A DNA stretch of 64,000 bases from Octopus sinensis (lineage: Eukaryota): NCBI RefSeq assembly GCF_006345805.1, contig NC_043003.1:114080001-114144000 (forward strand). Reading direction: 5' to 3'. Below the pieces are notes generated by a model that worked only from the letters and a program-made list of their open reading frames with translations, did no database searches and was not told the DNA's origin. Shown piece after piece: positions 39,478-53,563 of this stretch. The position numbers were made by a program, and so were the translations under genes. Position 1 is the first letter of the stretch. The number at the start of each line of letters is the position of its first letter.

Positions 39478-40315
39478 GCAAGTATGCATGCATGTATGTA
39501 TGTATGTTTGTATGTATATATGTATGAATGTATGCATGTATGTATGAATGTATATATGTATGTATGTATATATGTATGTGCATGTATGTATGTATGTATG
39601 TATGTATGTATGTATGTATGTATGTATGTAGGTATGAATGTATGTATGAATGTATGTATGAATGTATGTATGTATGTATGTATGTATATATGTATGTGCA
39701 TGTATGTATGTATGTATGTATGTGTGTATGTATGTATGTATGTATGTATGCATGTATGTATGTATGTATGTATGTATGTATGTATGTATGTATGTATGCA
39801 TGTATGTATGTGTGTATGTATGCATGTATGTATGAATGTATATATGTATATATGTATGTGCATCTATGTATGCATGTATGTATGCATGTATGTATGTATG
39901 CATGTATGTATGAATGTATATATGTATATATGTATGTGCATCTATGTATGCATGTATGTATGCATGTATGTATGTATGCATGTATGTATGAATGTATATA
40001 TGTATATATGTATGTGCATCTATGTATGCATGTATGTATGTATGTATGCATGTATGCATGCATGCATGTATGTATGAATGTATATATGTATGTATGTATG
40101 TGCATCTATGTATGCATGTATGTATGTATGTATGTGCATCTATGTATGCAAGTATGTATGCATGTATGTATGCATGTATGTATGAATGTATGTATGTATA
40201 TATATATGTGCATCTATGTATGCATGCATGTATGTATGTATGCATGTATGTATGAATATATGTATGTATATATGTATGTGCATCTATGTATGTATGTATG
40301 TATGTACATGTGTGT
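39478..40315. repeat. (TATG)n complex satellite with a 78-bp higher-order unit
   Basis: TATGAATG landmarks at 39831, 39909 and 39987. Confidence 0.95.
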
Positions 40316-40719
40316 GTGGCAAATGTGTGGCATGTCTAGATGTCGACCTCTATCACCTCCCACCTCTCACTATTGCTCTTTTTCTACGTATGTGTTTGTA
40401 CATATATATGTGTGTGTATGTACTTCTATTATAAACGTATATGTATTTACGTATGTACACACACACACACACAAACATATACTCCCCATCCACCCTCCAA
40501 CTATCTTTCTCCTTACATTTTCAAATCTCTCTCCTTCCACTTATTCATCCCTCCACAACACACGCCGCTACTCCAACAACAACAACAACTACTACTACTA
40601 CTATTTACAACACACTACCACCACAACACCATCACGTTACTAATTGCAATCTACCACTACTACTACTACCACAACTACTACTACTACTACTACTAATACT
40701 ACTGCGGCTACTGCTGTTG

Positions 40720-40769
<50 letters not shown>

Positions 40770-40936
40770 GTCCATTAAATAATATCCCAGTTCCCCACTT
40801 TGCTTCTTAACCTCACTCTCTCCTCTCATTTGTTTTAAACGTCGGTTTGATGTCACTTCAGACTTTAGATCTTCTCGCCATTTCCCATATGAGCAACCAT
40901 TTGTCCTGTGTAGTCGGCATATACACACACACACAC

Positions 40937-40970
<34 letters not shown>

Positions 40971-40975
40971 ATCAG

Positions 40976-41026
<51 letters not shown>

Positions 41027-41100
41027 ATATATATATATATAATATATATATATATATATTATATATATATATTATATATGTATATATATATATATATATA

Positions 41101-41318
41101 TTTCTTTACTACCCACATGGGGATAAACACAGAGTGGAAAAACAAGGACAGACAAACGGATTAAGTCGATTATATCGATCCCAGTGCGTAACTGGTACTT
41201 TATTTATCGACCCCGAAAGGATGAAAGGCAAAGTCGACCTCGGTGGGATTTGAACTCAGAACGTAACGGCAGACGAAATACGGCTACGCATTTCGCCCGG
41301 CGTGCTAACGTTTCTGCC
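41101..41318 (-). mobile_element. SINE family A copy
   Basis: Reverse complement of 7189-7421, lacking the extreme 5' end. Confidence 0.88.
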
Positions 41319-41452
41319 ATATATATATATACAACGAAATACACACGCACTCACACATGCACGCATGCACATCACACGTGTACGAATAAATATATTTGTC
41401 GAGAAATACCATTGCATCCTCGTCGAGTAGCTGAGTAGATGCGTGACGTATA

Positions 41453-41498
<46 letters not shown>

Positions 41499-42115
41499 CG
41501 TGAATGTGCATCGATCTATCTATCTTCACATGCATATTTGTGCATATACATTCTTTTATATACATATAAACGCGTATATACTATACACGCGTATATACGA
41601 ATGAGGGGCACCTGATATAAGCATAATATATAAGATCTTTCTCTCTGAATATAAATGCAAGATTTATATACATAAACATATACAATGCATACATACATAC
41701 ATACATACATATATATACATATGTGTGTGTGTGTGTATATGTGTATTTTTGTGTGCGTATATATATATATAGTACAAAGTAAGATAGGGGTTATGAAGGT
41801 AACCCACTATGGGATATCAGTTATCCAATATACTGCTGGGGAAGAGCAGTTTATTTGTATTATTTTTATTTTATTATTAATTTGCATATTGATGTATATT
41901 GTTTTGTTCGATTTTCATGTTCCTATTTGTATAATTAATAAATAATATGAAATTGTAATATCCGTAAGTTGATGATCGAAATGAATTTGTTCCTCCATTT
42001 TCTTATTCGTATTATATATCTATATATATACATATATTGCATGATTTATGAGTGTATGTCCTTGTACGTATTTGATATCAGATGTAGATCTGAGTAGTTC
42101 GTTACTGGCGGACCA

Positions 42116-42165
<50 letters not shown>

Positions 42166-42302
42166 TTCTCTCTCTCTCCCTCTCTCTCTCTCTCTCTTCA
42201 AAAGTTCAGTCATTTCTTTACACCCGAACCATTTCCAATCCTGGATTCCGCTTCTCACCCCCTCTTTACCCCTCGTACCCCTCAACCATTCACTCCTCCC
42301 CA

Positions 42303-42338
<36 letters not shown>

Positions 42339-44012
42339 TTCTTCCCCCCTACTTTATTTCCTTTGTCCCTGCCGCTATTTCACATCTGCCCCCCACATCT
42401 CCTATTCCCCCTTCATCCCAAATAACACTGACACCAACAAAGGCCAGTAAACTAGACCCTTGTCCAGGGACCAGAATCCATCCATTGCGCATACGACGCC
42501 ATTTGCCTGTTCTTCTTATTCAACATCTATCGATGTCAGCTTCATCAGTGTTTGCCAATTTCTTAACTAATCTAGCCTAATGTATTAAATGGCCACAGCT
42601 TTTCCACTGATGTTTTGCTGTTATTGTTGTCATTATCGTAATTGTTGGTACGTTACATTGTCGATGTTGCTGTTGTTGTTCTTGTCGATGTGGTATTCTA
42701 TAAATTCTTTTCGTTGGTTTTGTTTCACGTTCTGTTTATATGGCAACTATGCACCATCACTGCAGCATCCCATTACGCCGCATCCAATTGCATCTCTTTG
42801 CTGGAGTATTTTGCCTTATTTATTTGTTACTCGATTGCATTTTACGATGCTGCGTAATATTAACATTATCCATATTGCATTTTATGGCGTTGTGTTGTCT
42901 TCGTTTCCTATTAAATTGTAACTGTGTAATGTTGAAATTATATTTTATTGTTGTCAATGTTAGTAAATGATGCAGAATTATAGTATGATTTATTAGAGTG
43001 AACTCAAGATAACAGTCATATCACGTGATCTTGTAAGGTGTTGGGATTTGTTCAAAATGGCGGTTGTGATGAGATTGTAGCCTCGGTTCGGGCTGTGACG
43101 CATTCTGCTTCAATAAAACATATTTTTCTCTTATTTTTCTGTTCTAATATGATGTAAAATATTGTTTTAAAGAGATTGGATGACTGACTTAATTCTTCTG
43201 TAATTAATAATAGAGAGAACTGGAGTACTGCCTTCACAGTATTCAAATACCATTTCATAATTTATGCTTAAATCTATCACAACTTTTAAAAAAATTTATC
43301 TTCCGGAATTAATGTTGATTTTTGAGATCGAAGTCTTGTTTTTAATATAGTTATTCCTTTTGTACAATGCTTAGCACTTTGTGAACAATCTTTAGTATTC
43401 CTTTTCAAGGGTATATTTAAATAATCCTTTACAATCATCCATGGTATTCCTGACAAAAGTAAAACCTCGTCTACTGCTATGTATATAAAAGCATACTGTG
43501 TCTGTTGGGTCGATTTACAATCTTACTTTAAAGGCGATAACAACGTATTTGGGGATTTGTGGCCGCTATATTGATACCTCGTCATTGGCTCTCGAATGTT
43601 AAGTGTCTTGAGCATAGATGGGATGCTAAGTTAGGGTCAAAATACAAATCTGCGACCTCACTGCTGATTCTGTGGTATCTCACTTGACTTGACCACATTC
43701 TCCATCTGCAAGAATCGACCATGTTTACATGGATTGCTACAACCGTAACACGACTCTAGCAACGTGATACACTTACAGAATGGCAAGAACTGTTCTGTAT
43801 TGGTTGCAGCGAATGTTTGCGTCATTTACGAAATGTCAAAAAATGTAGCAGACACGAAGAAAACAATAGCAACAACAACAACAAAATGAAAGTATTTACA
43901 AAACACAGCAATGGTAAGAAATGAAATAACAACAAAACAAAAACAATAGCTTGGACCAGAAGTAAACAGAACAAGAATAACAAATAGTGACAACTACTGC
44001 GACCACCACCAC

Positions 44013-44051
<39 letters not shown>

Positions 44052-44082
44052 CGCGAGAAAGAAGCAACAAGAATGGATAGGT

Positions 44083-44173
44083 TTTTAGTACAATCGTTTC
44101 ATACAAGGACAGGCTTTATTAAAAGTTGCAAAAATTACAGCATATAAACGTGTCCCGTACTCATCAGCTAAAA
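44083..44173 (-). ncRNA. Type I hammerhead ribozyme (inverted twin of 45524-45614)
   Basis: Reverse complement keeps an intact core and stems I-III. Confidence 0.78.
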
Positions 44174-45523
44174 TACATGTGAGTTCTCTAGACATCCTAG
44201 TGGTTGAGGCTATACTCATGAAGTAATGTAGATAATTAAGTAACATAAACAGATTTCCAAAGTTCATTAAAGTTCTTTAAAGATGACGTACAGTCTTATC
44301 ACAGAATTAAAAAAAAGTTTTAATAGTATCACAGAGAAGGTGACCTAATCCATAGTGCACATATGAATTTCCAGAGATATGAGAGAGGGATTACATACTC
44401 ACAGAAGACAAATTTATCCATTGTTAATCACAACGAGGTGGGTCTCAATTCTGCTTATTAGCATTACAGAGAGGGTGAATTAATCCTTTGTATAGATGCA
44501 CAATTCCAGTGGTGTAGATGTAAATTTCCAGAGAAATGAAGAGGAATTTCATATTCACAGGCGATAAATTTATCAATGGTTGAACACAATGAGGTAGGTA
44601 TCAATTCTTGTTATATGATTAGGTATTTGCCACATTAATCACATTACTGCTACTGTTATCTCTTTAGATTCTCTTTAAATTCATAGCTGATTTCAACAGC
44701 AATAAATTAGCTGTTTTACTGGTCAAAGAATAATATTCTCTCTAGTTCCTAGATGCCGTAAATTAAAACCAGACTTGCCGTCTACTAATTCTTTGTATAA
44801 CTAGAACCCTCTTTTTTTTTTTTCTTTTTTCCCTTCTTTCCCTATTTCTTCTATTCTTCTCTTTTTTCTTTTTCTTCTTCTTATTCTCTTTTTCCTTTTC
44901 TCTTCTCTTTTAGTCCCCTTCCCCCCTTTTTTGCTCCCTCCTCCATTTTTTCTCTTTTTCTTCTATTCCCTTCCCTTTTCTATTCTTTGCCTCTCTAGAA
45001 AGCCCTTCAGCCTTTAAAAGTTAAATAGCTACAGCCTCTTGTAAATAGCCAGTAATGTGATTATGTGGCAAATACCTAATCATATAACAAGAATTGATAC
45101 CTACCTCATTGTGTTCAACCATTGATAAATTTATCGCCTGTGAATATGAAATTCCTCTTCATTTCTCTGGAAATTTACATCTACACCACTAGAAATTGTG
45201 CATCTATACAAAGGATTAATTCACCCTCTCTGTAATGCTAATAAGCAGGAATTGAGACCCACCTCGTTGTGATTAACAATGGATAAATTTGTCTTCTGTG
45301 AGTATGTAATCCCTCATCATATCTCTGGAAATTCATATGTGCACTATGGATTAGGTCACCTTCTTGTGATGCTATTAAAATTTTTTAAAATTCTGTGATA
45401 AGACTGTACGTCATCTTTAAAGAACTTTAATGAACTTTGGAAATCTGTTTATGTTACTTAATTATCTACATTACTTCATGAGTATAGCCTCAACCACTAG
45501 GATGTCTAGAGAACTCACATGTA

Positions 45524-45614
45524 TTTTAGCTGATGAGTACGGGACACGTTTATATGCTGTAATTTTTGCAACTTTAATAAAGCCTTGTCCTTGTATGAAA
45601 CGATTGTACTAAAA
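45524..45614 (+). ncRNA. Type I hammerhead ribozyme with extended stem II
   Basis: Stem I UUUUAG/CUAAAA; CUGAUGA at 45530-45536; stem II GUACGGGACA/UGUCCUUGUAU; GAAA at 45597-45600; stem III ACGAUUGU; triplet GUA. Confidence 0.8.
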
Positions 45615-46961
45615 ACCTATCCATTCTTGTTGCTTCTTTCTCGCTTATAATCACCCCACATTACTGTATTGTTAAAACAGTATAGTTTTTTTTTGTGCAT
45701 CTAAGTTAGGTACCATATTCAAGTAAATTCATTTAAATTAACTTGAATCTTTATTGCTTTTTGTATATATATATATATATAATATATATATATATATATT
45801 ATAATTATATATATTATATATATAAATAGACAGATAGCTGTATTTATGTGTGTGTTGTGGTGTGTAGGCTATATACATATATACATATATGTATGTGCGC
45901 ATCTATCTATCTCCCTCTCTGTGTTCCTGTCCTGTGTCTCTATTTTGTGTGTGCGTGTATAATATATATATATACATCTATATATACACACTATATATAT
46001 ACATCTATATATATATATATTATATATATATATCTATATATATATATATATATTATATATATATATATAATATATAAAATATAAATAATATATAAATATA
46101 TGCATATATACATACCTATATGTACATACCTACATCTATATGTATATATACATGCATATATGGGTACAGGACATCAAAAAAACGTTGAACACATTGGGAA
46201 ACGAAAACATAAAAACAAAAACATGGAAACGAACTTTTTTTCAGTCGATCAGTAACAGTGACCATAAGGTATAAAAATTTAAAAAATACATAACGTATAA
46301 AAACAACAACATACCAACAAGATATGAATAAGGTATGAAGGGTTGAGCTTCAATTAGGCCCTTGACCAGTCCTAGGGTGTCTTCCTAGATACACTTAGGT
46401 CGGAAAAATAAATTTAAAAAAAAAGAAACTAAAAATACGCTAGTCTTGTCTGGGAAGTGTTGATTATGGGAATAGCGAAAAGGGGTTAAACCAGGGGCTA
46501 AACGAGCACAGCAACAGAAACCGCGAAAATACTTTCAGATAGATTAGTGAAGAAAAGAGCACCGGCATCAACCTGAGCGGATGATGACGAGAAAAGACGA
46601 TGACAATAAAAATTATGTTACTTGCAACAACAACAACAACAACAACAGCAGCAGCAGCAGCAAAAACTGTTTTTGTGGTGGTGATGGTGGTGGTGGTGGT
46701 GGCAACAGAAACCGGTAAAAAAAAGAAGAAGCAATGTCAGTGAATAATAAAGAAACGATTGTACTGTTTGGTTGCTTTAAGAGTGTCCTAAGGATAAGTT
46801 TAGCTTGGACAATAGGGACAATCAATAGAAGCAAACATAGGACAACGGCAGTAAATCAACTGGTACGTTTAGTGCGCTGTTGTTGTTGTTGTTGTTGTTT
46901 GGTATGGAAATAAAACAAATAAATCAAGAACAACATTTGTCATCAATGTCACCGTTGCTAA

Positions 46962-46992
<31 letters not shown>

Positions 46993-47390
46993 GTCATCAT
47001 CATCATCACCACCACCACCACTACCATCATCATCATCATCATAATCGTCGTCGTCGTCATCGTCGTCATCATCATCATCATCTTCATCGTCATCATCATC
47101 ATCATCATCGTCGTCGTCGTCATCATCAACGTCGTCATCATCATCCTCATCATCATCATCATCATCGGCGTCGCCGTCGTCGTCTTCCGAATACCTGTTA
47201 TGACTGTCGTTGGCGTCGGCAACGGGAACCATTATCATCATTACAACAACAACAACAACAACAGCAACAACAACGATGACGCCGACAATAATAATAATAA
47301 TAATAATAACAACAACTATAATTATAATAATGATAATAATTTCTATTATACCTAGCAAAACAAGCTGTGAGTTTTCAAATAATCATCGCA

Positions 47391-47430
<40 letters not shown>

Positions 47431-47456
47431 TAATAATAATAATAATAATAATAATA

Positions 47457-47792
47457 AACGTGTCTCTAAAAAAATGGAGAAACTCTCAAAATACAAAGAC
47501 CTGGAAATAGAGGTAACCAGAATGTGGAATCTAAAAACAGAAACAATTCCTATCATAGTAGGTGCATTAGGTATGATAAAGTAATATTCAGACAAATACG
47601 TAACAAAAACACCAGGACTTACAAACACATATAACATACAGAAAATTGCACTACTAGGCACTGCACAAATCCTATGCAGAACACTTTCCATACAATAACC
47701 ATCAGAGCATCACAACAAATCACAGCACATACCCAAGGCACACAGAGCTGCGCTCGGTAGTGAAGTGAAAGCACGCTATAAAAATAAAACTA

Positions 47793-47795
<3 letters not shown>
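47457..47795 (+). mobile_element. Dong/R4 LINE 3' fragment in (AAT)n
   Basis: Near-identical to 3285-3621; flanked by (AAT)n on both sides. Confidence 0.9.
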
Positions 47796-47834
<39 letters not shown>

Positions 47835-47839
47835 GAGGA

Positions 47840-48320
47840 TTTTTTTACTAACTACAAGGGTTTACATGAAAACATTATGGACAGCATAGGATAAAACAAA
47901 AATATCGGGTTTTGCGCGTAAACAAAACTAATATAATTAATTTTTTAAAAAAAGCGGGATATCAACAAAGTATAATTCTCAACATGGAGGAGGCGTTGAT
48001 GGGCTGCTCATGGAAAAAATCCCTAAAAACCAAGGGTACCCTAACTTTTGAGGCTGGTGCCTTTTCTTTTTCTTTTTACGTTCCCTGTCGTCTTTGTTCC
48101 GGACAGGCTCGTTCACTCGTACCATTCTCGCCACTTTCATCCACCTTTCGACAAACTGACTACAAAACAGTATTTGCCACTCTACCCTTATTTTCCTTTT
48201 CGAAACTTGAAGGAGTTCATCAGGGGTTGGCCAAAGAAAAAGCTGTTTGTTTTCAGTCCCTTTCCCTGAGGTTGTTGAGCAGGTGACCCCGCTTCCAAGG
48301 CGACCCCAGGGCAGGTACAT
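47840..48320 (-). mobile_element. L1/Tx1-like LINE 3' end (ORF2 C-terminus, 3' UTR, A tail)
   Basis: KRKIRVE...FVERWMKVARMVRVNEPV, then a UTR ending in a short A-run at about 47840. Confidence 0.65.
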
Positions 48321-48549
48321 TCACGTTGCCGATTCTGTAAACCGACCATGTTGTCGGAAAAAGCGAAGGAAAAAAAGGGAAAACTTACTTGGTTTTATTT
48401 GGAGGGGCGGATAACCTGTCCCTTCTGTTGGCTTGGGGTGTTTCCAACAGCAAATCACCAAGAATTCTTTCGGTGCTATTCTGGCGAAAATCTCCGATTT
48501 CCTGTGGGAAATGGGTTTTTAAGTGTGTGTAAACGTTTTGTGTTGTTTG

Positions 48550-50590
48550 AATGATTTGTATGGGTGCAGGTCGGGAGAAGGCGGGTGTGACAAAATATTT
48601 TGGTGTAATGTTGTGCGGGTTCTTATATATTTCATTGATTCATCGTTGTTCGAATGTATTGCCATGTAGTTCTTAATGCTACTGTCTTTATTTTGTGTTT
48701 GTTGTTGTTGTTGTGGTGGTGGTGGTGGTGGTGGTGGTGGCACTGATGGTGGTTGTGATTGTATTATCTGTTTTTCCTTTTCACTTCTTGTGTGGATGAG
48801 GATTGTTATTGCCGTTGTTTGTCCCTATGTTTATTTTTCCTTCTGTCTCGTTTAGGTTTTTTGTTTTTTTGGTTTTTAGCTATCAGTCTTCATCGCCGTC
48901 CATCTCTCCAGCTGTGATATCCACTCGCTCTGCATCGGGAAGGGGAACATCTTCGGGCGCTGAGAAATGTTTGGGTGAACCCAGTGTCGATAAGGTTGTT
49001 GTAAAGGCGGCGAGCTGGCAGAAACGTTAGGGCGCCGGGCGAAATGCTTAGCGGTATTTCGTCTGCCGTTACGTTCTGAGTTCAAATTCCGTCGAGGTCG
49101 ACTTTGCCTTTCATCTTTTCGGGGTCGATAAATTAAGTAACAGTTACGCACTGGGGTGGACATAATCGACTTAATCCGTTTGTCTGTCCTTGTTTGCCCT
49201 CTCTGTGTTTAGCCCCTTGTGGGTAGTAAAGAAATAGGTATTGTTGTTGTTGTTAGTGGTCGGGGTGATGCTATGGCTGAATCTGCCGATGGCCCAGCTA
49301 CTGTTGCTGTTGTTGGAGTTCTGGTGGCCGTTGTTAGTGTAGAGAAGGAAGGTGTCCGTCTCTCTTTTTCGTTGAGCTTGGGGCAGTCGATTTTTAAACG
49401 CTTAGGCGTTCTTCCATCAACCCTGACAGGAATTATACTGCCCCCAGGAAGAAAGATCTGATCTGGGATGAGATCCGCATTCTTTTGTGTTGTTGGAATG
49501 AGGAATTCTACGCTCATCGCAGACCAGTTTTCCTTTTCGGATTTTCCGTTCGAGGATTTTTGAGTTTGCCTCAATGCCAATCGTCACTGCCGCAACTAAC
49601 CAACGAAAGGCTATTTCTTGTGGCACCTGATAGGTTATAATTTTTGCCAGTCTCTGACCACAGTAGTAAGGAACTAGCAACAGCTCCTCGCTTTTGAAGG
49701 GATTCATAGAGTGATGTTTGGCTTCTTCCTCGGTGTGAAATCGAACGTCTACCATTCCATAGGATTTTCTCTCCTGTATAGATCCCTTTAAATTCCAGGC
49801 GGAACCTAAAGCTTATTTTATTTGAGATTCTGTAGCTCTTACCATTCTCCTTGATTTTTAACCCGATTGTATGGTATGTCACTGTGCGACGTATCGTAGC
49901 TTGGATTGTCTCACCGGGGGGTATCCATCTTTACAGCTCGTCCATCCCCCTCGGTTAGCTGTCTAACACATTTCAGTTCTTCTGAGAATTGTTTTCTCTG
50001 AAGAGATGATTTACCTATTCCGGCGAAAGAAAGCTTTGAAAGGCTGTTCCAAGCCGTCGTGGCAGTTTGCTGCCTCTCAGCTCTTTCATTGTTTTTATCA
50101 TTGTTGTTGTTGTTGGTTTTGGTGTTGCTGTTATCACCTTTCTTATTGTTGTTGTTGTGGTTGTCGACGGTGTTGCTGATGTTGCGGTTGTTGTTGTTGT
50201 TGTTTTCCTCCTCGAATATTGCTAAAAACAAAGCCTTTGCTCTTCGAAAGATCCTCTGAGTGATCTTCATTGAAAACATTGGCCCCGTTCGCCCTTTCGT
50301 TCATTTCTTTCAGAAAAACGCATCTATCGTCTGCTTTGCCTTTCAGACCGACGTCGCCTCGCGGGCATCACCCTCTCTCATTGGGGCTTGGTGACGTTCC
50401 TCACTTTCTCCCCCTCTCTCACATATGCGCGTCACCGTGTTTTCTGGGGTTTTTTCAACGTTGTTTGGGAAAACGCACACAATTTTGATTTAAGAAAACA
50501 AAAACAATTGACCTGTCCCCCAAAGCTGGGGGACAAAATAGGAAAATAAACTCACCACCCAAAAGCAAATAACTTGTCCACGACGTTATA
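48550..50590 (-). mobile_element. Probable L1/Tx1-like 5' UTR and ORF1 remnant, interrupted by a SINE
   Basis: Frameshifted protein-like ORFs at 49911-50279, 49417-49755 and 49209-49580. The family assignment is inferred from adjacency to the Tx1-like 3' end. Confidence 0.45.
49006..49238 (+). mobile_element. SINE family A, full length
   Basis: GGCGGCGAGCTGGCAGAAAC...AAAGAAATAGG. Confidence 0.9.
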
Positions 50591-50677
50591 AATTTAAAGG
50601 GTGTAAATACACTTTGATGGCATGCGCTGCTCCCTCACTCAATAATAATAATAGTAACAATAATAATAATAATAATG

Positions 50678-50710
<33 letters not shown>

Positions 50711-50762
50711 TATTAATAATAATGATAATGATAATGATGATGATGATGATGATGATGATAAC

Positions 50763-52254
50763 CACATTTCACTCCTCTGGAACTTCATTGAAACTGACAG
50801 AAAGATGGATGCAAATAGGCTAGACATTATATTGAGAAACTTCAGACAAAAATCATGCCTCATCATTGATATGACTGTCCCAGTCGACATGAACGTATCT
50901 GTCAAGACCTACCAAAAACTGAGCAAATATAAAGATCTTGAAATAGAAATTAGCAAAATGTGGAACCTGAAGAATAAAACAATACCAGTTGTCATAGGTG
51001 CCCTGGGAATGATAGCAAAAGGGGCTGATTCCTACCTAGCTCATGACGGCCATCAACATATGGGCTGTTGCTGTAGTCCGCTACAGCGCGTCCATCCTGA
51101 AATGGACACGAGCGGAAATCGATCAACTCGATCGCACTACCCGAAAGACAGAGACAAAGCATGATGCCCTCCCACCCTAAGGCAAATGTAGAGACTCTAC
51201 ATGAAAATAGATAAGGGTGGACGTGGGCTGATTAGTGTACGGAAGTGCACCAACAGTGAAAGAAGAAACATGGCAGAATATTTGGCAACCAGCAAAGAAG
51301 ACCTGCTACAGTATGCTGCTAGTGCAGGAGTTACCAAAAAATGGACTTGAGAGTGCTCATAAGTTCCGAACAAGAACAGCCAACGAGAGAGAAGAAATCC
51401 TACTCCGTATGGAATTACATGGTCAGTTCCACAGTGAAACCAATAAATGAAAAGACCAGGGTGCATCCTGGAGGTGTCTCAGCAAGGGTGACCTAAAAGG
51501 GAATACTGAAAGCCTAATTATCGCTGTCCAGGACCACGAATTGAATACCAAATCAGTGAAAAAGATTATATGCCACACAAGTGCATCGGACCTCTGCAGA
51601 ATGTGTGGGAAGAGGGTCGAAAATGTGACTCACGTTGTTAGTGCTTGGGAAAGTCTTGCGCAGAAAGAGTACAAGCGTAGACACGATAAAGTGGCCCAAA
51701 ACCTCCACTGGCTAGTATGCTGTAAGTATGGATATGAGATAATGGCCGCTTGACCGGAAAAAGTTAGGGACGAAAAGGAGAAGGCAAAAATCCGTTGGTA
51801 CTTTGATTTCCAGACAGACAAACTATTAGAGCACCGAAAGCTGGATATAGTAACCTTCAGGAGGGACAAACTAGAGTACCTAATAATCGACGTAGCAGGG
51901 CCAGGAGATCAACATATCATCATGAAAGAAAAAGCAAAGGTTGATAAATATGGAGACCTGAGACTTGAGGTCACTATGATGTGGCAACTGCTAGAGTCAA
52001 ACAAAAGTTATCCCTATTGTCATCAGAACATTGGGTTCAATACCAATCAATCTGAAAAAAATAATCTGAAAACATTAGAGATACCCCACAATGTAGATGT
52101 ATAGCAAAAGTCGGCATCACTTGGAACTGCACTCATATTGCGTAAAGTACTGTCTTTCTGAGGTCCTGGTTATCACTTGACAAACAGTACAAACCCCCGG
52201 TAGACACAGTATCTTCAATCAACAACTTCACGATACCGTATATTGTGCGACGTC

Positions 52255-52257
<3 letters not shown>
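50763..52257 (+). mobile_element. Dong/R4-clade LINE fragments of two other families, fused, ending in (AAT)n
   Basis: 50763-51040 is an RLE (RLDII...IIDMTVP...KLSKYKDLEIE). From 51040: RT thumb (AINIWAVAVVRYS...HPKANVE...GGRGL), knuckle (CRMCG...THVVSA), RRHDKVA, and RLE (IIDVAGP...KVDKYGDL). Confidence 0.85.
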
Positions 52258-52313
<56 letters not shown>

Positions 52314-52360
52314 TGATGATGATGATGATAATAATAATAATAATGATGATAATAATAATA

Positions 52361-52391
<31 letters not shown>

Positions 52392-53223
52392 TGATAATGA
52401 TGATAAATCAGATATTGTAGATAAGGAAAAGCGACCCATCACGCCCGTTTGATTCTAGGAGCATAAAGAAAGAGGAAATATATATCACCACCACCATCAC
52501 CACCACAACAACAACAACAACAACACCACCACCAACAACAACAACAACACCACCACCACTACCACCACCACCAACAACAACAACAACTATTACTACTACT
52601 ACTACTACAGACAATGCTACAGACAATGCTACGTCAACACCTCACGAATAAACGGTGTTGCACGGCCTGCATGACATAGCAGCCAAACCTCCACAAACCT
52701 CACCATACAGTCTTAGAAAAGGAAGAATTCATTGGACATTGTTTATATCTAAGATAAATATGTGTCCTGTATATCTAAAATGACTGCATGATCACGAATG
52801 GACTGTTATGGAACAAGGTTTAACGCCAACTCTCCCCCGCCCCACTCCAGCCCACCAACAATGAGTAAAACGAGGAGCATGCGTACACACTTCCGGTTTA
52901 ATAATTGGAAACATTGGCTAATGTAGTCTTAGATGCACTGTTCTTAAAACAAAATATCGTTTAATGTAATCACGGCTTGAAAACCTTTGATAACAGGTTT
53001 GATCGATTAGGGTTCATCTGGGGTTAAACACAAACAACAACAACAGCAGCAGCAGCAGCAACAACAACAACTCTGATCCCATTGAATAATGTCTAGCAAC
53101 GCCGCCGCCGACAATACTATAACTTACGCCAATAACAACAAAATGAACAATGTAAACAAGAACAACATCCATGATAACAACAACAGCAACATATGAATAA
53201 CAAACCAGCTTTCCTCGGTAGAC

Positions 53224-53372
53224 TTGGCTGTGTGGTAAGGAGTTTGTTTCTCAACCACATGGTTCCAAGTTCAGTCCTACTGCGTAACACTTTGTATCTG
53301 CTACTATGTTCCTCGGGCCTACCAAAGTCTTGTGAGTGGATTTGGTAACCAGAAATTGAAAGAGGTCCTTCA
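53224..53372 (+). mobile_element. SINE family B 5' half, degenerate
   Basis: GGCTGTGTGGTAAG...CAAAGTCTTGTGAGTGGATTTGG, followed by microsatellite. Confidence 0.7.
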
Positions 53373-53404
53373 AACACAAATGCATGCATACATACATGCA
53401 TGCA

Positions 53405-53475
<71 letters not shown>

Positions 53476-53563
53476 ATAAGGGTGAAAAGGAACACACGAG
53501 TTGATATATATGAAAAAACAAGTCAAAATAGAAAATGCTAAAATAATTTTATAAAGAACATTT

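Larger units (their letters stand above)
44053..45644. repeat. 1.6-kb inverted repeat (arms about 44053-44652 and 45047-45644), probable Penelope pLTR pair
   Basis: Arms of about 600 bp are reverse complements with few differences; each carries a hammerhead motif; (TA)n lies nearby on both sides. Confidence 0.9.
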
